This document shows, in pieces, positions 17,327 to 25,287 of a stretch of 51,392 nt of DNA (position 1 is the stretch's first letter; every line of letters begins with the position of its first letter). The position numbers and the translations under genes are program-made. Under the pieces are notes generated by a model that was given only the letters and a program-made list of their open reading frames with translations, did no database searches and had not been told where the DNA came from. The stretch spans positions 1 to 51,392 of the forward strand of contig JBHEPB010000260.1 of assembly GCA_046260515.1 (NCBI GenBank), read 5' to 3'. This DNA comes from Candidatus Binatia bacterium. GTDB taxonomy: Bacteria > Desulfobacterota > Binatia > UBA1149 > CAITLU01.

Positions 17327-18787
17327 TCACATCACGGCAAAATAGTTCTCCGCAGCGAAGTTCATGGTCTCCTCGGTGAGTTCGAGGGGCTTGCGGTGAT
17401 AGAGGCAGTAGCTCCGCACCTGCAGCAGCAGGTCGCGGGGGTGGCAGCAGCGCATGCGCCGGCCCACCGAGGTGAAGTACTTCTCGATCATCCCGTAGAT
17501 CTGTTCCTCGGTGGGATGGATGCCCAGGGCCGGGCCCACCATCTTTGCGATGCGGAAGAACTGCTGCGGCGAGGGGTCCGGCGCCTCGATCTTGTAGGGA
17601 AGGCGGCGCAGGAAGGCCTCGTCCACCAGGTCGCGCGGCGCGAGGTTGGTGGAGAAGATGACGAGCTGGTCGAAGGGAACCTGGATCTTCTTGCCGGTGG
17701 GAAGCTTCTGGAAGTCGTAGCGCTTCTCGAGGGGTACGATCCAGCGGTTGAGAAGCTGGGAGACGGGCATCGCCTGGCGGCCGAAGTCGTCGATCAGCAG
17801 CACCCCGCAGTTGCTCTTCATCTGCAGGGGCGCCTCGCTCACATTGCTGTGGCGATCGTGGCGCATCTCCAGCTGGTCCATCGTGAGTTCGCCGCCCACC
17901 ACCACGGTGGGACGCTTGATCTTCACCCAGCGGGCGTCCTCCAGCGGTTCCCCGAGCAGCATCGAGTCATCGTCGTTGGAAGCCAGTTCGTGGAGCACAG
18001 GGTCGAAGAGCCGCACGCAGACCCCGTCCACCAGGATGGTCCGCGGGATCCAGACCTCCGTGCCGTAGGCGCGCACCACCCGTTCCGCGATGCTGGTCTT
18101 GCCGTTGCCGGGAGCGCCGTACAGGAACATGCCGCGGCCCGCGTTCACGGCGGGACCGAGGCGGTCGAGCATCTTCGGCTCCATCAGCAGGTCGGCGAAC
18201 GCGTGCTCCAATTCCTCTTCCCCGATGCTCATGCGGGTGAGGCTCTGGGCGGCCACCGAAGCGACGTAGTCCTCCAGCGGAACCGGCGCCGTCTCCGCGT
18301 AGGAACAGATGCGCATGTAGCGCTTGGCCCTCTCGTCGCCGGCGTCCGAAAGAACGTACTCGTAGTCGCCGGCAGCAGCCGTGCTGCGGTACACGATCAG
18401 CATCTCGGTCTTCAGCCGGTCGAGGATGGGCTCGATCATGCGGAAGGGCAGGCCGATGTCGCGGGCCAGGCGACGCCCGCAGGCGGCGCCGTTGGTGTGA
18501 AGCGAACGGCAGATCAGCTTCTCGACGAAGTCGCGGTTGAGGCCGGCGTCTTGCAGCGAGAGCGGCTTGCGCGGACAGAAGGTGTCCGAGACCTCGCGCG
18601 AGGCCATGGCGTTGCGCGCGTCGGCCACGAGAGACAGCTTGAAGACGCCCCCGTGTTCCTCCGTCTCGGCCGTCGCCTCCTGCCCGTCCTCATCCTGGGG
18701 AAACCAGGGCAGATCCTCGTCCACGGCTACGCCGTTGGCGCCGAGGCAAAGCTCTGCGTCCAGGTTGGGAACGACGGCAAGGCTCAT
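17327..18787 (-). CDS. AAA+ ATPase with N-terminal winged-helix-like region, function unknown
   Basis: Part of track ORF 17327..19405. The ATG at 18787 (MSLAVVPNLD) follows GAGGAG. Motifs are Walker A LYGAPGNGKTS, Walker B VLLIDDFGRQ, sensor-1-like VIFSTNL, and FLRRLPYKI. Confidence 0.85.
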   Translation of the reverse strand: MSLAVVPNLDAELCLGANGVAVDEDLPWFPQDEDGQEATAETEEHGGVFKLSLVADARNAMASREVSDTFCPRKPLSLQDAGLNRDFVEKLICRSLHTNGAACGRRLARDIGLPFRMIEPILDRLKTEMLIVYRSTAAAGDYEYVLSDAGDERAKRYMRICSYAETAPVPLEDYVASVAAQSLTRMSIGEEELEHAFADLLMEPKMLDRLGPAVNAGRGMFLYGAPGNGKTSIAERVVRAYGTEVWIPRTILVDGVCVRLFDPVLHELASNDDDSMLLGEPLEDARWVKIKRPTVVVGGELTMDQLEMRHDRHSNVSEAPLQMKSNCGVLLIDDFGRQAMPVSQLLNRWIVPLEKRYDFQKLPTGKKIQVPFDQLVIFSTNLAPRDLVDEAFLRRLPYKIEAPDPSPQQFFRIAKMVGPALGIHPTEEQIYGMIEKYFTSVGRRMRCCHPRDLLLQVRSYCLYHRKPLELTEETMNFAAENYFAVM

Positions 18788-19143
18788 CGAAAGTCTCCTC
18801 GGCGGGTTGCCGGCGCCGCCGAAGGGGCAGCGACCGAGCGGCTCTGGGGAATGGGCGGCAGCGCGAAGATTCGGTCGTCGCGGCGCATCACGATCCCCAT
18901 GAACGCAGGAACGTCCTCGATACGGCGGCCCGCCCGCCCCGGCGGAAGTGCCGGCATCGCTTCGCTCACGCGCATCGCCGTCCGTACGGGAAGCGGTCCC
19001 CTCTCCCCCCCAGGCTCGGTCAACATCGGCATCACTCGCATGGCTGCCCCCCTCCCGACCGCACGATGTGCGGGTATCGTCGAGTCCTCCTCGCGGCGCG
19101 CCGTCGTAGGACGGAAGTCGGTGGCGGTGGCCGGAGAAGACAT
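18784..19143 (-). CDS. candidate small ORF (119 aa) translationally coupled to the AAA+ ATPase; may be non-coding leader instead
   Basis: Its stop overlaps the ATPase ATG as ATGA (18784-18787). By eye GC3 is about 75 percent, similar to neighbouring genes. The composition is R/P/A-rich and no family was recognised. Confidence 0.25.
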   Translation of the reverse strand: MSSPATATDFRPTTARREEDSTIPAHRAVGRGAAMRVMPMLTEPGGERGPLPVRTAMRVSEAMPALPPGRAGRRIEDVPAFMGIVMRRDDRIFALPPIPQSRSVAAPSAAPATRRGDFR

Positions 19144-19365
19144 GACGCCACTCTACGAATCGGGAAGCCGACAACCAGACGACAGATTCCCTTGAGGGGG
19201 CAGAGGAAAACGCCCGGGCCCCATCGGGAAAGCCGGGAGGGAGCCCCGCGCCGAACCCGGTCCCTCCCCCGGGGAAACCCGGGGGTCGATACGACTCCAC
19301 CCCGGGAAGGTCCGGGCGTTCTTGATGGAATTTCGTGGGAGTGCGCCGATCCGCGCAGCGCGGGA

Positions 19366-20013
19366 TCAGCGTTTCGAGGTGCCGACGCTTCTGGCCGGAT
19401 CGCAAAGGCCGCTGAGCACGGCCAGCTTGACGAGGTCGGGGACCGAGGACGCCTGGAGCTTGAGCATCACGTGCTTGCGGTGCTCCTCCACCGTCTTCTC
19501 CGCAAGGCCGAGGTCGGAGGCCACTACCTTGTTGGCCTTGCCGTCCACAATGGCGAGGAAGACCTCGCGCTCGCGCGGCGACAGCTTGCCCACGAGGGCC
19601 TGGGCGTGGCGCACCTGGACTTCGCGCTCCTCGCGTTCCTTGTGCCGCGACAGGGCGGCCTGGACGGTGTCGATGAGGGCCTGGCCCGTGAAGGGCTTCG
19701 AGAGGAAGTCGTGGGCGCCGAGCTTCATGGCTTCGACGGCGACGGGGACTTCACTCACTCCGGAGATGAAGATGGCCGGTGCCGTCACCCCCCGCTCGCG
19801 AAGCTGACGGACCAGTTCCAGTCCGCTCATGCCCACCAGGCGCACGTCCACCACGAGCACGTGGATGACCTGCGCGGCGGCCGACTGGAGGAAGACCTCG
19901 GGACTCTCCCACGCGACGCACTGGATCCCCACGGTGGCCAGAAACCGCGACACCAGGTCCCGGATCGGTTCCTGGTCGTCGACGACATGCACGATTCTCG
20001 GATCCACACTCAT
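19366..20013 (-). CDS. FixJ/LuxR-family two-component response regulator (REC + HTH)
   Basis: 215 aa with an ATG start. REC strings are IVHVVDDQEPIRD and HVLVVDVRLVGMSG. The LuxR HTH is LSPREREVFLAIVDGKANKVVASDLGLAEKTVEEHRKHVMLKL. Confidence 0.92.
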   Translation of the reverse strand: MSVDPRIVHVVDDQEPIRDLVSRFLATVGIQCVAWESPEVFLQSAAAQVIHVLVVDVRLVGMSGLELVRQLRERGVTAPAIFISGVSEVPVAVEAMKLGAHDFLSKPFTGQALIDTVQAALSRHKEREEREVQVRHAQALVGKLSPREREVFLAIVDGKANKVVASDLGLAEKTVEEHRKHVMLKLQASSVPDLVKLAVLSGLCDPARSVGTSKR

Positions 20014-20191
20014 ACCCTACTCCGTCCCGGCCCCGGCGGGCACTGTAATTCCCATCCACAGGAAACGGAAACCCTTTGCGATGCTGGTGATCACCCTCAC
20101 CAACCTTTTGGCTATCGAAGACGGCGCGTTCTGGGCCGCCGCTTCGGGGACCGGAGGCAGGGACCGCCAGTAGCGAGAACCCCATCGCCTC

Positions 20192-20227
20192 AAAGAAAAG
20201 CGGCGCCGGGATGACTCCCGGCGCCGC
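20192..20227 (-). terminator. rho-independent terminator of the rpsP..rplS operon (potentially bidirectional)
   Basis: On the minus strand this reads GCGGCGCCGGGA-gtca-TCCCGGCGCCGC followed by TTTTCTTT, a perfect 12 bp stem. The plus strand also has a T-rich tail (tccgatttctttt). A second 8 bp hairpin, AGCCGCGC-aa-GCGCGGCT, lies at 20243-20260. Confidence 0.8.
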
Positions 20228-20264
20228 TCCGATTTCTTTTCCAGCCGCGCAAGCGCGGCTCCAA

Positions 20265-20618
20265 TCAGGAAACGCTGATCTTGCGCTCCTTGATGCGGGC
20301 AGCCTTGCCCGAAAGGTCACGCAGGTAGTAGAGGCGGCTGCGGCGCACCTCGCCGCGGCTCTTCACTTCGATCTTGTCCACGCGCGGCGAGTTGATGGGA
20401 AAGGTACGTTCCACGCCGACGCCGTAGGAACTCTTGCGCACCGTGAAGGTGGCCGCGGGGCCGCCCGCGCTGCGGCGGATGCAGACGCCCTCGAAGACCT
20501 GGATGCGCTCCTTGTCGCCCTCGGCGATGATGCCGTGCACGCGCAGGGTGTCGCCGGGACGGAAGTCCGGGATGTCGCTGCGGAGTTGTTCGGCGTTCAG
20601 GGCTTTGATGACGTCCAC
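20265..20618 (-). CDS. rplS: 50S ribosomal protein L19
   Basis: 117 aa with a GTG start 9 nt after AAGGAG. Recognisable strings are [14 protein letters not shown]...[13 protein letters not shown]...[19 protein letters not shown]. Confidence 0.97.
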   Translation of the reverse strand: MDVIKALNAEQLRSDIPDFRPGDTLRVHGIIAEGDKERIQVFEGVCIRRSAGGPAATFTVRKSSYGVGVERTFPINSPRVDKIEVKSRGEVRRSRLYYLRDLSGKAARIKERKISVS

Positions 20619-20654
20619 GTGTGGGGGCTCCTTGGAAAACTGGAAGCGAGGTAC

Positions 20655-21272
20655 CTACCGCGGACACCTCAGCCGGTCAAGGAGAACGGCTGCCGCGGCC
20701 CGCACCGACAGGTGGTTGTAATCGCCGGGGCCCATCACGGGCTCCAGCACGGCCTCGCAGCGGTCCATCACCTCGTCGGCCAGGCCCGATCCGGTGCCGA
20801 GCAGCATCAGCCAGGGGCGCGGGTTGCTGGCGCTTTCAGCGGGCGCGTCCGGACCGGGGGGGCCGCCCGAACCGTCCAGTTTCTCCCGCATTTCCGCGAA
20901 GGTGACCGATCGAGGGTGGCACCGGGCGCTGGTGGCGAACAGGCGGGGCAGGCAGCCGTAGCGCCTCTCGATGTCGATGCCCACCCCTTCCAGGTCGGCC
21001 TCCAGGCGCACCAGGGCCAGGGCCTCGTTGCGGCTGGGGTTGTAGTCCTTCTGCTCGTCGGCCTCCCAGTGCTGCATCACGCGGCGCACCAGGCCCCGCA
21101 GCGCGTCCACCGGAGTCACCACGTAGAAGCCGGCCGCGCCGTAGGTGCGGCAGCTCCTGGCGATGTCGGGCACGTCGATGTTGGTGACAGCGCTGGTGAC
21201 CACCTGGCGGTTCTTGTCGTAAACCGGGTAGTGAACGAGGGCGACGAGGAGGTCGGGCACGGGGGGCCTCAA
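20655..21272 (-). CDS. SPOUT-type RNA methyltransferase-like protein (TM1570 / Methyltrn_RNA_4-like)
   Basis: 205 aa. The TTG start overlaps the trmD stop as TTGA, and an alternative GTG lies at 21260. The N-terminus [32 protein letters not shown] and the position between trmD and rplS match that family as I remember it. Confidence 0.75.
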   Translation of the reverse strand: MRPPVPDLLVALVHYPVYDKNRQVVTSAVTNIDVPDIARSCRTYGAAGFYVVTPVDALRGLVRRVMQHWEADEQKDYNPSRNEALALVRLEADLEGVGIDIERRYGCLPRLFATSARCHPRSVTFAEMREKLDGSGGPPGPDAPAESASNPRPWLMLLGTGSGLADEVMDRCEAVLEPVMGPGDYNHLSVRAAAAVLLDRLRCPR

Positions 21273-21967
21273 CGCTTGCCGGAACGTCGCGCGGCCAGGT
21301 CGGGCCGTCGCGCTACCGTGCGCGCCGCGGCCTGCTCGCGCCGCCAGCGTTCGATCTCGGCGTGGTTGCCCGAGGTAAGAACCGAGGGCACCGTCATGCC
21401 GCGGAAGTCGGCCGGACGCGTGTACTGGGGATATTCGAGGAGATCCGCTTCGCTGAAACTCTCCGACGACGAAGACTCCGAGCTGCCGAGCACGCCCGGC
21501 ACCAGGCGGGAGACCGCATCAACGACGACGAGGGCGCCGAGTTCGCCGCCGGTCAGCACGTAGTCGCCGATCGAGATCTCCTCGTCGAACAGGTGCCTCA
21601 CGCGCTCGTCCACGCCCTCGTAGCGGCCGCAGAACAGCAGCAGGGACTCATACTCGCCGGCAAGGCGGCGCGCCGAAGCCTGGGTGAAGGGAGAACCCTG
21701 CGGGGTGAGCAGGATGCGGCGCTGCGGTGCGAAGCGCGCGCGGACGTCCTCGACGGCGGCGTAGATTGGCTCGGCGCGCATCACCATGCCGGGACCTCCG
21801 CCGTAGGGGGAATCGTCGATCGGGTGCGGACTGCCGCCGGTGTAATCGCGAAGCTGGTGGGCCCTCACTGCGATGTGCCCGGCCTCGATCGCGCGGCCGA
21901 GCACGCCGACGCGGGCGCCAGCCTCGATGAACTCCGGGAACAAGGTGAGGACGTCGAAGGAGATCAC
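21269..21967 (-). CDS. trmD: tRNA (guanine37-N1)-methyltransferase
   Basis: 232 aa. The GTG start overlaps the rimM stop as GTGA. Supporting strings are [34 protein letters not shown] and [11 protein letters not shown]. Confidence 0.95.
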   Translation of the reverse strand: MISFDVLTLFPEFIEAGARVGVLGRAIEAGHIAVRAHQLRDYTGGSPHPIDDSPYGGGPGMVMRAEPIYAAVEDVRARFAPQRRILLTPQGSPFTQASARRLAGEYESLLLFCGRYEGVDERVRHLFDEEISIGDYVLTGGELGALVVVDAVSRLVPGVLGSSESSSSESFSEADLLEYPQYTRPADFRGMTVPSVLTSGNHAEIERWRREQAAARTVARRPDLAARRSGKR

Positions 21968-22512
21968 TCGCTTTCGCTTCCTTCGGGATCGACTGGTCCT
22001 TCGACCGGGGCCGCACCGTACTCCAGCGCATCGCTCGCCACGGTGAGGCGACCGGCCCTCAGGTCCACGTCGAGCACGGCATGGGCAACAGCGGGGATCA
22101 GTACTTCAGCGCCGCTCTTTGCGCGCGCCACGTAGACGTCGTTGGCTCCGGTGGAAATCACTTCGACCAGACGGCCGAGCAATTTGCCGTCGTTGCCGAC
22201 CACCTCGAGGCCGATCAGGTCCACGTCGAGGAATTCGCCTTCGGCCAGCTCGCCGAGCTGGCTCCTCTGCACGTGGACGGTGGCGCCCACGAGGGCCTCG
22301 GCGGCGTTGCGATCGTGGACGTCGTCCAAGGTGACGCGCACGCCGCCGCGGATCGGCGCGGCGCTGAGAATGCGAGTGGCCAGGGGCCGGCCGCTGCGCG
22401 GTAGCAGCTCGACAGAAAGGCCGCGCGCGAGAACATCGGCCATGGAAGGATCGCTGTGGACGACAACGGCGCCCTGCAGCCCGTTGGGCCGCGAGACGTA
22501 GCCGAGGCTCAC
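21964..22512 (-). CDS. rimM: 16S rRNA processing protein RimM
   Basis: Track ORF 21964..22569, which starts at TTG. I prefer the GTG at 22512, giving [18 protein letters not shown], the typical RimM N-terminus. The C-terminal PRC-barrel-like part follows. The start is uncertain between 22512 and 22569. Confidence 0.88.
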   Translation of the reverse strand: MSLGYVSRPNGLQGAVVVHSDPSMADVLARGLSVELLPRSGRPLATRILSAAPIRGGVRVTLDDVHDRNAAEALVGATVHVQRSQLGELAEGEFLDVDLIGLEVVGNDGKLLGRLVEVISTGANDVYVARAKSGAEVLIPAVAHAVLDVDLRAGRLTVASDALEYGAAPVEGPVDPEGSESE

Positions 22513-22558
22513 GGATGCGGACCGCTCCGGCGCGTTGCCGGTGCGGTCGGAGGGAGGA

Positions 22559-22792
22559 TCATTCCTCAATGATTTCGAGGGATGCCTTCTGCTGGCTGCG
22601 CGAGGCGGCCGCGTTGAGGATGGTGCGCAGGGACTTGGCGGTTCGCCCCTGCTTGCCGATCACGCGGCCGAGGTCGTCCTTGTGAACGCGCAGCTCGAAG
22701 TTGGAGAGGTCGTCGGTGACGTTCTGCTTCACCTCGACCGATTCCGGGTTCATCACGAGGTTGCGGGCGAGGAAGTCAACGAGACCGTACAA
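22559..22792 (-). CDS. KH-domain RNA-binding protein (UPF0109/YlqC-like)
   Basis: Track ORF 22559..22882. The upstream part overlaps rpsP, so I start at the TTG at 22792, 5 nt after GAGG, giving a 77-aa product. The KH GXXG box is VIGKQGRTAKSLRTIL. Confidence 0.82.
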   Translation of the reverse strand: MYGLVDFLARNLVMNPESVEVKQNVTDDLSNFELRVHKDDLGRVIGKQGRTAKSLRTILNAAASRSQQKASLEIIEE

Positions 22793-22809
22793 GGAAACCT
22801 CGATCCGGG

Positions 22810-23055
22810 TCAGGCCGGCATTCCCGCCTGCTTCATCAACTTGGCCACGATCGGAGTCGGTCTCGCACCCTTCTTCAGCCATGAGGTGATCCTTTCTGCG
22901 TCCAGGGTGATCTTTGCCGGCTCGAACAGGGGATCGTAGGTCCCCACCAGCGCGAGGTTGCGTCCGTCGCGCGGGGCGCGCTCGTCGGCCACCACGACGC
23001 GGTAAAAGGGCTTCTTCTTGCTGCCGTGCCGGGAGAGTCGGATCTTGACGGACAT
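22810..23055 (-). CDS. rpsP: 30S ribosomal protein S16
   Basis: Starts at the ATG at 23055 and reads [32 protein letters not shown]..., 81 aa. Track ORF 22810..23646 is over-extended upstream. Confidence 0.97.
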   Translation of the reverse strand: MSVKIRLSRHGSKKKPFYRVVVADERAPRDGRNLALVGTYDPLFEPAKITLDAERITSWLKKGARPTPIVAKLMKQAGMPA

Positions 23056-23258
23056 GCTTCTATCGGTGCTCCTGTCGCTCGGAATCGGGGGGTTTGAGCA
23101 CTGTCGGGCGGGAGAGGCAACCTCCGGGGGTCGAGCCGGCGGGCCGCCCCGCCTCGGCCGGCCTCGCTCGAGACCCCGATGGGGCCGGCGGAAGCGGGAT
23201 CCCGGGAACGTCCGGCCGCCGGAAAGCCCGCCGATGACGGCGAAAAGGGCCGGCCCGG

Positions 23259-24227
23259 TCAGCAGCAGCCGCCGCCGTCGTAGAAGAACGTCGAGGCCGT
23301 GACCAGCAGGTCGGGGCAGCCGCGGGCCTGGAGCGCCGCGGCGGTCTTGTCGCAGACGGCCAGGGGCATGTCGCGCTGGAGGCGGTGGCCCTTGCCGTCG
23401 TCCAGGCAGTCGTCGGCGCCGAAGTAGATCGCCGTGCGGCCGGTGAACACGCAGGCCCCGTCCTCCGGCATCGGATCCTTGATGGCGGCCACTTCCACGC
23501 TTTCCAGGAGGAGGGGCCGGTCCACGCCGAAGCGAGCGCGATCGAGCACGCGGTAGGGACGACGCGCCCTGACCTCGACGGTTCCGAAGCCGACCTCGAC
23601 GAGAGTCTCGACGTAGCGCTCGTAGGTGATGGAGCCGGACAGGCACATGGCCCGCAGGCGGTCGTCGTCGCGCAGGTGGGCGGGCAGTTCGCAGGGCGCC
23701 ACCGGATCGCTGGAGACGAAACGGCCGTGGGGCCTCAGCACGCGGTAGATCTCCCCGAGGGCGCGGCCGAGCTCGTCGCTGCGGAAGATGTTGAAGAGGC
23801 AGTTCTGCGCGGTCACGTCCGCCGACGCGTCGGCGATCGGCAGGGACAGGGCGTCGCCCTCGCGAAGCTCCACGTATTCTTCGCGGAACCAGGGATTCCT
23901 CCGCGCCGCCTCAGCCAGGTTGGCGCGCGCCGCCTCGCGCATCTCGGCCACCGGTTCGATGCCGACCACCGCGCCGGGCCGCCGCGAAAAGTACGCGAAC
24001 TGCAGCAGCTCCAGCCCGCCGCCGACGCCCACATAGACCACCGACGGCGAGGCGACGAGGTCGCGCGGATGCACGGTGCTTCCGCACCCGTAGTTCATCT
24101 CGAGCATGCGCGGCGGCACCGAAAGCTCGGGCAGGACCCAGACAGGACTGGTCGTGCAGCACAGGCCCTCGTCGGGCGTGATGGCTGCACCGCGGTAGAA
24201 GTCCTTGGCGGCGTCGAGGTAGCTCAT
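23259..24227 (-). CDS. ArsM-like SAM-dependent methyltransferase (arsenite methyltransferase family)
   Basis: The ATG at 24227 follows GGGAGA. Supporting strings are [18 protein letters not shown], the SAM motif [11 protein letters not shown] and [11 protein letters not shown]. The protein ends in ...FFYDGGGCC. Confidence 0.78.
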   Translation of the reverse strand: MSYLDAAKDFYRGAAITPDEGLCCTTSPVWVLPELSVPPRMLEMNYGCGSTVHPRDLVASPSVVYVGVGGGLELLQFAYFSRRPGAVVGIEPVAEMREAARANLAEAARRNPWFREEYVELREGDALSLPIADASADVTAQNCLFNIFRSDELGRALGEIYRVLRPHGRFVSSDPVAPCELPAHLRDDDRLRAMCLSGSITYERYVETLVEVGFGTVEVRARRPYRVLDRARFGVDRPLLLESVEVAAIKDPMPEDGACVFTGRTAIYFGADDCLDDGKGHRLQRDMPLAVCDKTAAALQARGCPDLLVTASTFFYDGGGCC

Positions 24228-24525
24228 GGTTTCTCCCTGGCTCGGCAAAGTGGGGTCGGCACGCATCGGGCGGTCGGCGGCGGAGTGTACGCGCCCGGGG
24301 GCAACGATCCAGCCCACCTCCCGAGAGACAAACTCAGGTACCCCCCTCGCGCTGACCTGCCCTGATCACCCCCCGACAGCGAGGCCGTCCTCCCGCCGGC
24401 AGCCGAAGTTCGGACGCCCCCGACACCGCCCGCCGGGGTGGGCACGCCGGCAAATTCCGCCTCCCTGTGGGGGGCACCATGGCCGGAATGGCCCCGCTTC
24501 CGGGTAGTTGCCCGCCCGGGCCACC

Positions 24526-24555
24526 TTGATTCCGTTGCCGACAAGTTTGTAAATT
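24526..24555 (+). promoter_or_regulatory. putative sigma70-type promoter for the Cys-rich secreted protein gene
   Basis: TTGATT (24526-24531), an 18 nt spacer, then TAAATT (24550-24555), about 35 nt upstream of the ATG at 24589. This is one of the few AT-rich patches in the window. It is a by-eye match only. Confidence 0.3.
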
Positions 24556-24588
24556 CGACCGTCCCCTACCGGGACGAAGGAGACTGAC

Positions 24589-25053
24589 ATGAGAAAGAAA
24601 GGAACAACCCATCCGAGCAGGTCGCGAACATTTCTCCATCTTGCGGGCATGGCTGCGGCGGCAGTCCTTCTGACGCATCCCGGCCCTGCCGGGGCCGTCA
24701 GCGCCGGGGTGGAGGTCGAAGTGGACGCCGAGTGTGTCGGCCAGTGCATGACCGACCTGCGGGCCTGTCTTCGCCAGGCCCGCGAGGACTTCCTCGACTG
24801 CTCCCTCCAGGGAGGTTGCGTCGAACTGGCAGCGTCGGCGCGACTGGCCTGCGCCGCCGGGAAGACCGCTTCCGTGTGCATCGAAGCCCGCGCCGCGTAC
24901 GCCGATTGTGTGCAGCCCTGCCGCGCCGAACTCAGGGCCGACGTGCGCAGCTGCCAGAACGCGTCGCTGCAGTGCATGAACGACGAGTGCGGACTCACCG
25001 ACCTTCCCGATCAATGCCGCCGCGTCAGCGTCTCCACCGTCGTGGAACCCTGA
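24589..25053 (+). CDS. secreted cysteine-rich protein (13 Cys), unknown function
   Basis: 154 aa with a strong RBS (GAAGGAGActgacATG). The signal-like N-terminus is SRSRTFLHLAGMAAAAVLLTHPGPAGA|VS. The mature part has 13 Cys, including C-x3-C-x6-C and C-x3-C-x10-C-x6-C-x4-C. Confidence 0.7.
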   Translation: MRKKGTTHPSRSRTFLHLAGMAAAAVLLTHPGPAGAVSAGVEVEVDAECVGQCMTDLRACLRQAREDFLDCSLQGGCVELAASARLACAAGKTASVCIEARAAYADCVQPCRAELRADVRSCQNASLQCMNDECGLTDLPDQCRRVSVSTVVEP

Positions 25054-25117
25054 CGTCTTTCCTGAACGATCCTTCCGGCGCGGGGACGGACCGGCTTCCG
25101 CCGGCTCCCCCCGCGCC

Positions 25118-25177
25118 GGCCCCTTCCAAGGCTGCGGATCGGAAAGGGGCGCCATCCCTTCCCAAGGCTGGGAAGGG
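25118..25177 (+). repeat. two tandem related stem-loops downstream of the Cys-rich gene
   Basis: There is a direct repeat: CCCTTCCAAGGCTG (25121-25134) and CCCTTCCCAAGGCTG (25156-25170). The second forms a perfect 9 bp hairpin, CCCTTCCCA-aggc-TGGGAAGGG (25156-25177). The first pairs imperfectly with GGAAAGGGGC (25141-25150). Confidence 0.5.
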
Positions 25178-25287
25178 CGACTACGATTCCGGCGCTCGTG
25201 TCACAGTCGGGCCGCCTCGGGAGGCGGGGCCGGCCACGAACGACGATCGCAGATCGCCGGCGGGCGCTGGGGGAGAGGATCGGCCCG

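Noticed and set aside
16367-19195. A 942-aa plus-strand ORF across the lipoprotein, intergenic and AAA+ ATPase region.
   Set aside because: It runs straight through an intergenic hairpin, is antisense to a Walker A/B-containing gene, and has shadow-frame composition.
23056-23258. A possible terminator or promoter between the ArsM-like gene and rpsP (GGGCCGGCCC followed by TTTTC; TTGCCT…TCAAAC).
   Set aside because: The palindrome leaves no loop, giving only about a 3 bp effective stem. The -10 candidate is poor, so the evidence is too weak to annotate.
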